The position numbers and the translations under genes are program-made. From NCBI RefSeq assembly GCF_036321535.1, contig NC_087453.1, positions 46,996,001-47,060,000 on the forward strand: DNA of 64,000 nt. The letters run 5' to 3'. Under the pieces are notes generated by a model. The model saw only the letters and a program-made list of their open reading frames with translations, did no database searches and was not told the DNA's origin. This document shows positions 61,781 through 64,000 of this stretch, piece after piece; positions within the stretch are counted from its first letter, which is position 1, and every line of letters begins with the position of its first letter. This stretch comes from Camelus dromedarius (lineage: Eukaryota).

Positions 61781-62639
61781 TCGCTGGTCACCCCACCTCT
61801 CCCCCGGGTCCCTGGGCTGCGAGGACAAGCCCAGCTCAGCCAGTCCTCCTGTCGTCATCCTACGAGCTGACGTCTGGTCCATTGGACTGGGACCGTGGGC
61901 GTGGGCCTCAGTCAGGGGGATGCCCTCCGGGGGGCTGGTGTCCCCTGATCCCAGCCTGGGGGGCAGCCTCCCCTTGGGGTGGGTCTGCAGCCACTCCCAG
62001 GTGGGGGGGCGCCATCTGGACCCTCTCCTGGGCAGTCTGCCGGCTCCCCGAGCCCACAGGCAGAGGCCCTTCATACAGCATCATGGTGGGTGGGGGGACC
62101 TGGGGGACAGGCAATGGCCCCACCAGGCACCCTCTGGGGAGCCCCCATCCACGACGGGCGGATTCAGCACCCCCGCCCATCACCCAGGTGGAGACCTGAG
62201 CTCCCGAGCCCGGCCCCAGGCCGCCGCTGGATTCTGCTTTTCCTCCCTCTTTAGCTTTTAACCCATCCGGGCACCTGTGAAGTCCTCCACGCCACGTGCT
62301 CTCACTGCTACGTTGGTCTGATTTTATGTCTTACGGTTCCTGTTTCCAGGTGAGCTGCACTTTCGTGGTGGACTCGCAACCCTGGATCACCCAGTTCACC
62401 CTTGTGAACAGCACCTGCCAGCAGAACCAGGGGAAGGGGCCCCCATCTCCCGCAGCAGACCCTCTTCCTCTGGATGACGTTCTGGGGTCCTAGGTCTGTG
62501 CAGCACCAAGGGAAGTAAAGGCACCTCAGATCACTCTGGGCCCCTGTCAGTTCTGTGTGCTCCCCAATGGTCCGTTTCCATGGATGTCGCCGCCAGTGAC
62601 GAGTGATGGAGAAGTTGTCACTGTTGTTCCCACCTGGGC
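61781..62639 (+). repeat. 859-bp near-identical duplicate, copy 2
   Basis: Runs from tcgctggtcacccc to cacctgggc; identical to 57469-58327 apart from 4 differences. Confidence 0.93.
62350..62493 (+). CDS. CST12: CST12-like, exon 3 (total 149 aa)
   Basis: After ttccag: VSCTFVVDSQPWITQFTLVNSTCQQNQGKGPPSPAADPLPLDDVLGS*. Confidence 0.78.
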   Translation: MSCTFVVDSQPWITQFTLVNSTCQQNQGKGPPSPAADPLPLDDVLGS

Positions 62640-62715
62640 AGCAGGTGCAGCATGCTGAGCCAATCAAACCCTCAGCTCCTGTGGGGGTGCCCTCCCTGGT
62701 TCTTGCAGGGGTCCC

Positions 62716-63083
62716 NNNNNNNNNNNNNNNNNNNNNNNNNNNNNNNNNNNNNNNNNNNNNNNNNNNNNNNNNNNNNNNNNNNNNNNNNNNNNNNNNNNNN
62801 NNNNNNNNNNNNNNNNNNNNNNNNNNNNNNNNNNNNNNNNNNNNNNNNNNNNNNNNNNNNNNNNNNNNNNNNNNNNNNNNNNNNNNNNNNNNNNNNNNNN
62901 NNNNNNNNNNNNNNNNNNNNNNNNNNNNNNNNNNNNNNNNNNNNNNNNNNNNNNNNNNNNNNNNNNNNNNNNNNNNNNNNNNNNNNNNNNNNNNNNNNNN
63001 NNNNNNNNNNNNNNNNNNNNNNNNNNNNNNNNNNNNNNNNNNNNNNNNNNNNNNNNNNNNNNNNNNNNNNNNNNNNNNNNNNN
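62716..63083. other. Assembly gap (other gaps: 10007-10139, 41228-41363, 41452-41649, 41795-42008, 51913-52055, 52109-52330)
   Basis: Runs of N. Confidence 0.99.
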
Positions 63084-64000
63084 CATTCCTTTGATCATTC
63101 TTCCTCCAATCTCTCCATTCATTCCACTAAAATGCAATGCAGATGGTTTTCCCAGTGATAGCCACCTGTGTCCTCTTTGTGTCCATCTTTGATGCTGGGC
63201 TCACAGTGGGGTGTCCCTTTGTGGGGGCACCATGCCCAGGCCCAGGGGTAGGAGGTGGTGACTGAGATGACAGCAGGCTCTGTCCTCTGTGGACCCCATC
63301 AGGACACTTGTCCCGGGAGCTGCCTGTGTGATGTCCCCTCTGGGGATGGCCCAGAAGATGGCAGTTCTGGTCCCCACCTCCCATCCTGCCCCTCGATGTC
63401 TATGTTCCCTGACCAGGGCCCAGCCTGGCCTCTGTGGCCGTCAGCACTGACCAGTAGCCTGGAGACAGGCCCTGAGATGACAGACCCCCGCCTCCTAGGT
63501 CCTTGTCGGGAGCTACCCTGGAGGGGCCTAGGGAAGGGGCAGGACTGGATCAGAGACGGGGTGGTGTGCCGTCTGGTGGGGTACCCAGCGGGAGGGGCTG
63601 AGGCGTCCTCCCTCCGGCCTCTTGAATGTTGGGGATCTGGTTTGCGTGCCTGTGGTTGGCAGTCTGTCCCTTTCCCTGCTGGTCAGTCACCAGCTGGGGG
63701 CCTGTCCCGTGTCATTGTACCCTGGACAAACCCCCCAGATTCAGCCCAGTCACTAGTCCCAAATCCTTAGGGAGTGAAAATATACTTGGGGCTCACGATA
63801 CAAGCACACAATATAAAAACTGACATGCATTTTGTGAATCCCTGATTTCCATGAAACCCAGAGGTTTTATGGGGGCCTGGCTTGGAGATGCAGGCCTTGG
63901 AGGGTGCTTGCTGGGAGTCCCCCTTCACCCAGATCTCACCCCTGGGGAGTGCTTGCAGAAGGCAGCAGGGAAGGAGGGGTCGGTAAGAAAGAGAAGAGTC

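Noticed and set aside
57469-62639. Direct repeats as a CRISPR array or LTR pair
   Set aside because: Only two long copies, each containing a cystatin exon; no repeat-spacer pattern, TG...CA ends or retroviral internal region.
9592-63158. ORFs containing X runs
   Set aside because: Artefacts of translating through N gaps.
63084-64000. Possible next cystatin exon after the gap
   Set aside because: No signal-peptide or cystatin-like frame was recognised in this stretch.

Overview
Mammalian genomic DNA, GC-rich and heavy in repeats, with 7 N-gaps. It is probably a cetartiodactyl; one tRNA-derived SINE and the L1 3' ends suggest a camelid (inference). The left part holds the 5' part of NAPB (beta-SNAP) on the minus strand: coding exons 1-7 were reconstructed with in-frame junctions, including one GC-AG intron, plus a CpG-island promoter with tandem NRF1/ZNF143-type motifs. 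The right part is the start of the CRES-type (testis/epididymis) type-2 cystatin cluster: CSTL1 (+), CST11 (-), a CST16/Cstdc1-like gene (+) and a CST12-like gene (+). All four have open three-exon reading frames and the four canonical cysteines. The most notable observation is an 859-bp, about 99.5% identical tract shared by the last two cystatins (end of intron 2, exon 3 and 3' UTR) although their first exons are strongly diverged. This indicates very recent gene conversion producing a chimeric cystatin, or an assembly artefact. Both copies also appear to have lost the ancestral stop codon, with a 1-bp indel giving different C-terminal tails. No CRISPR array, rRNA or prokaryote-type system is present, and most ORFs in the supplied track are spurious. 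Orthologue comparisons are from recalled sequences, not database searches.
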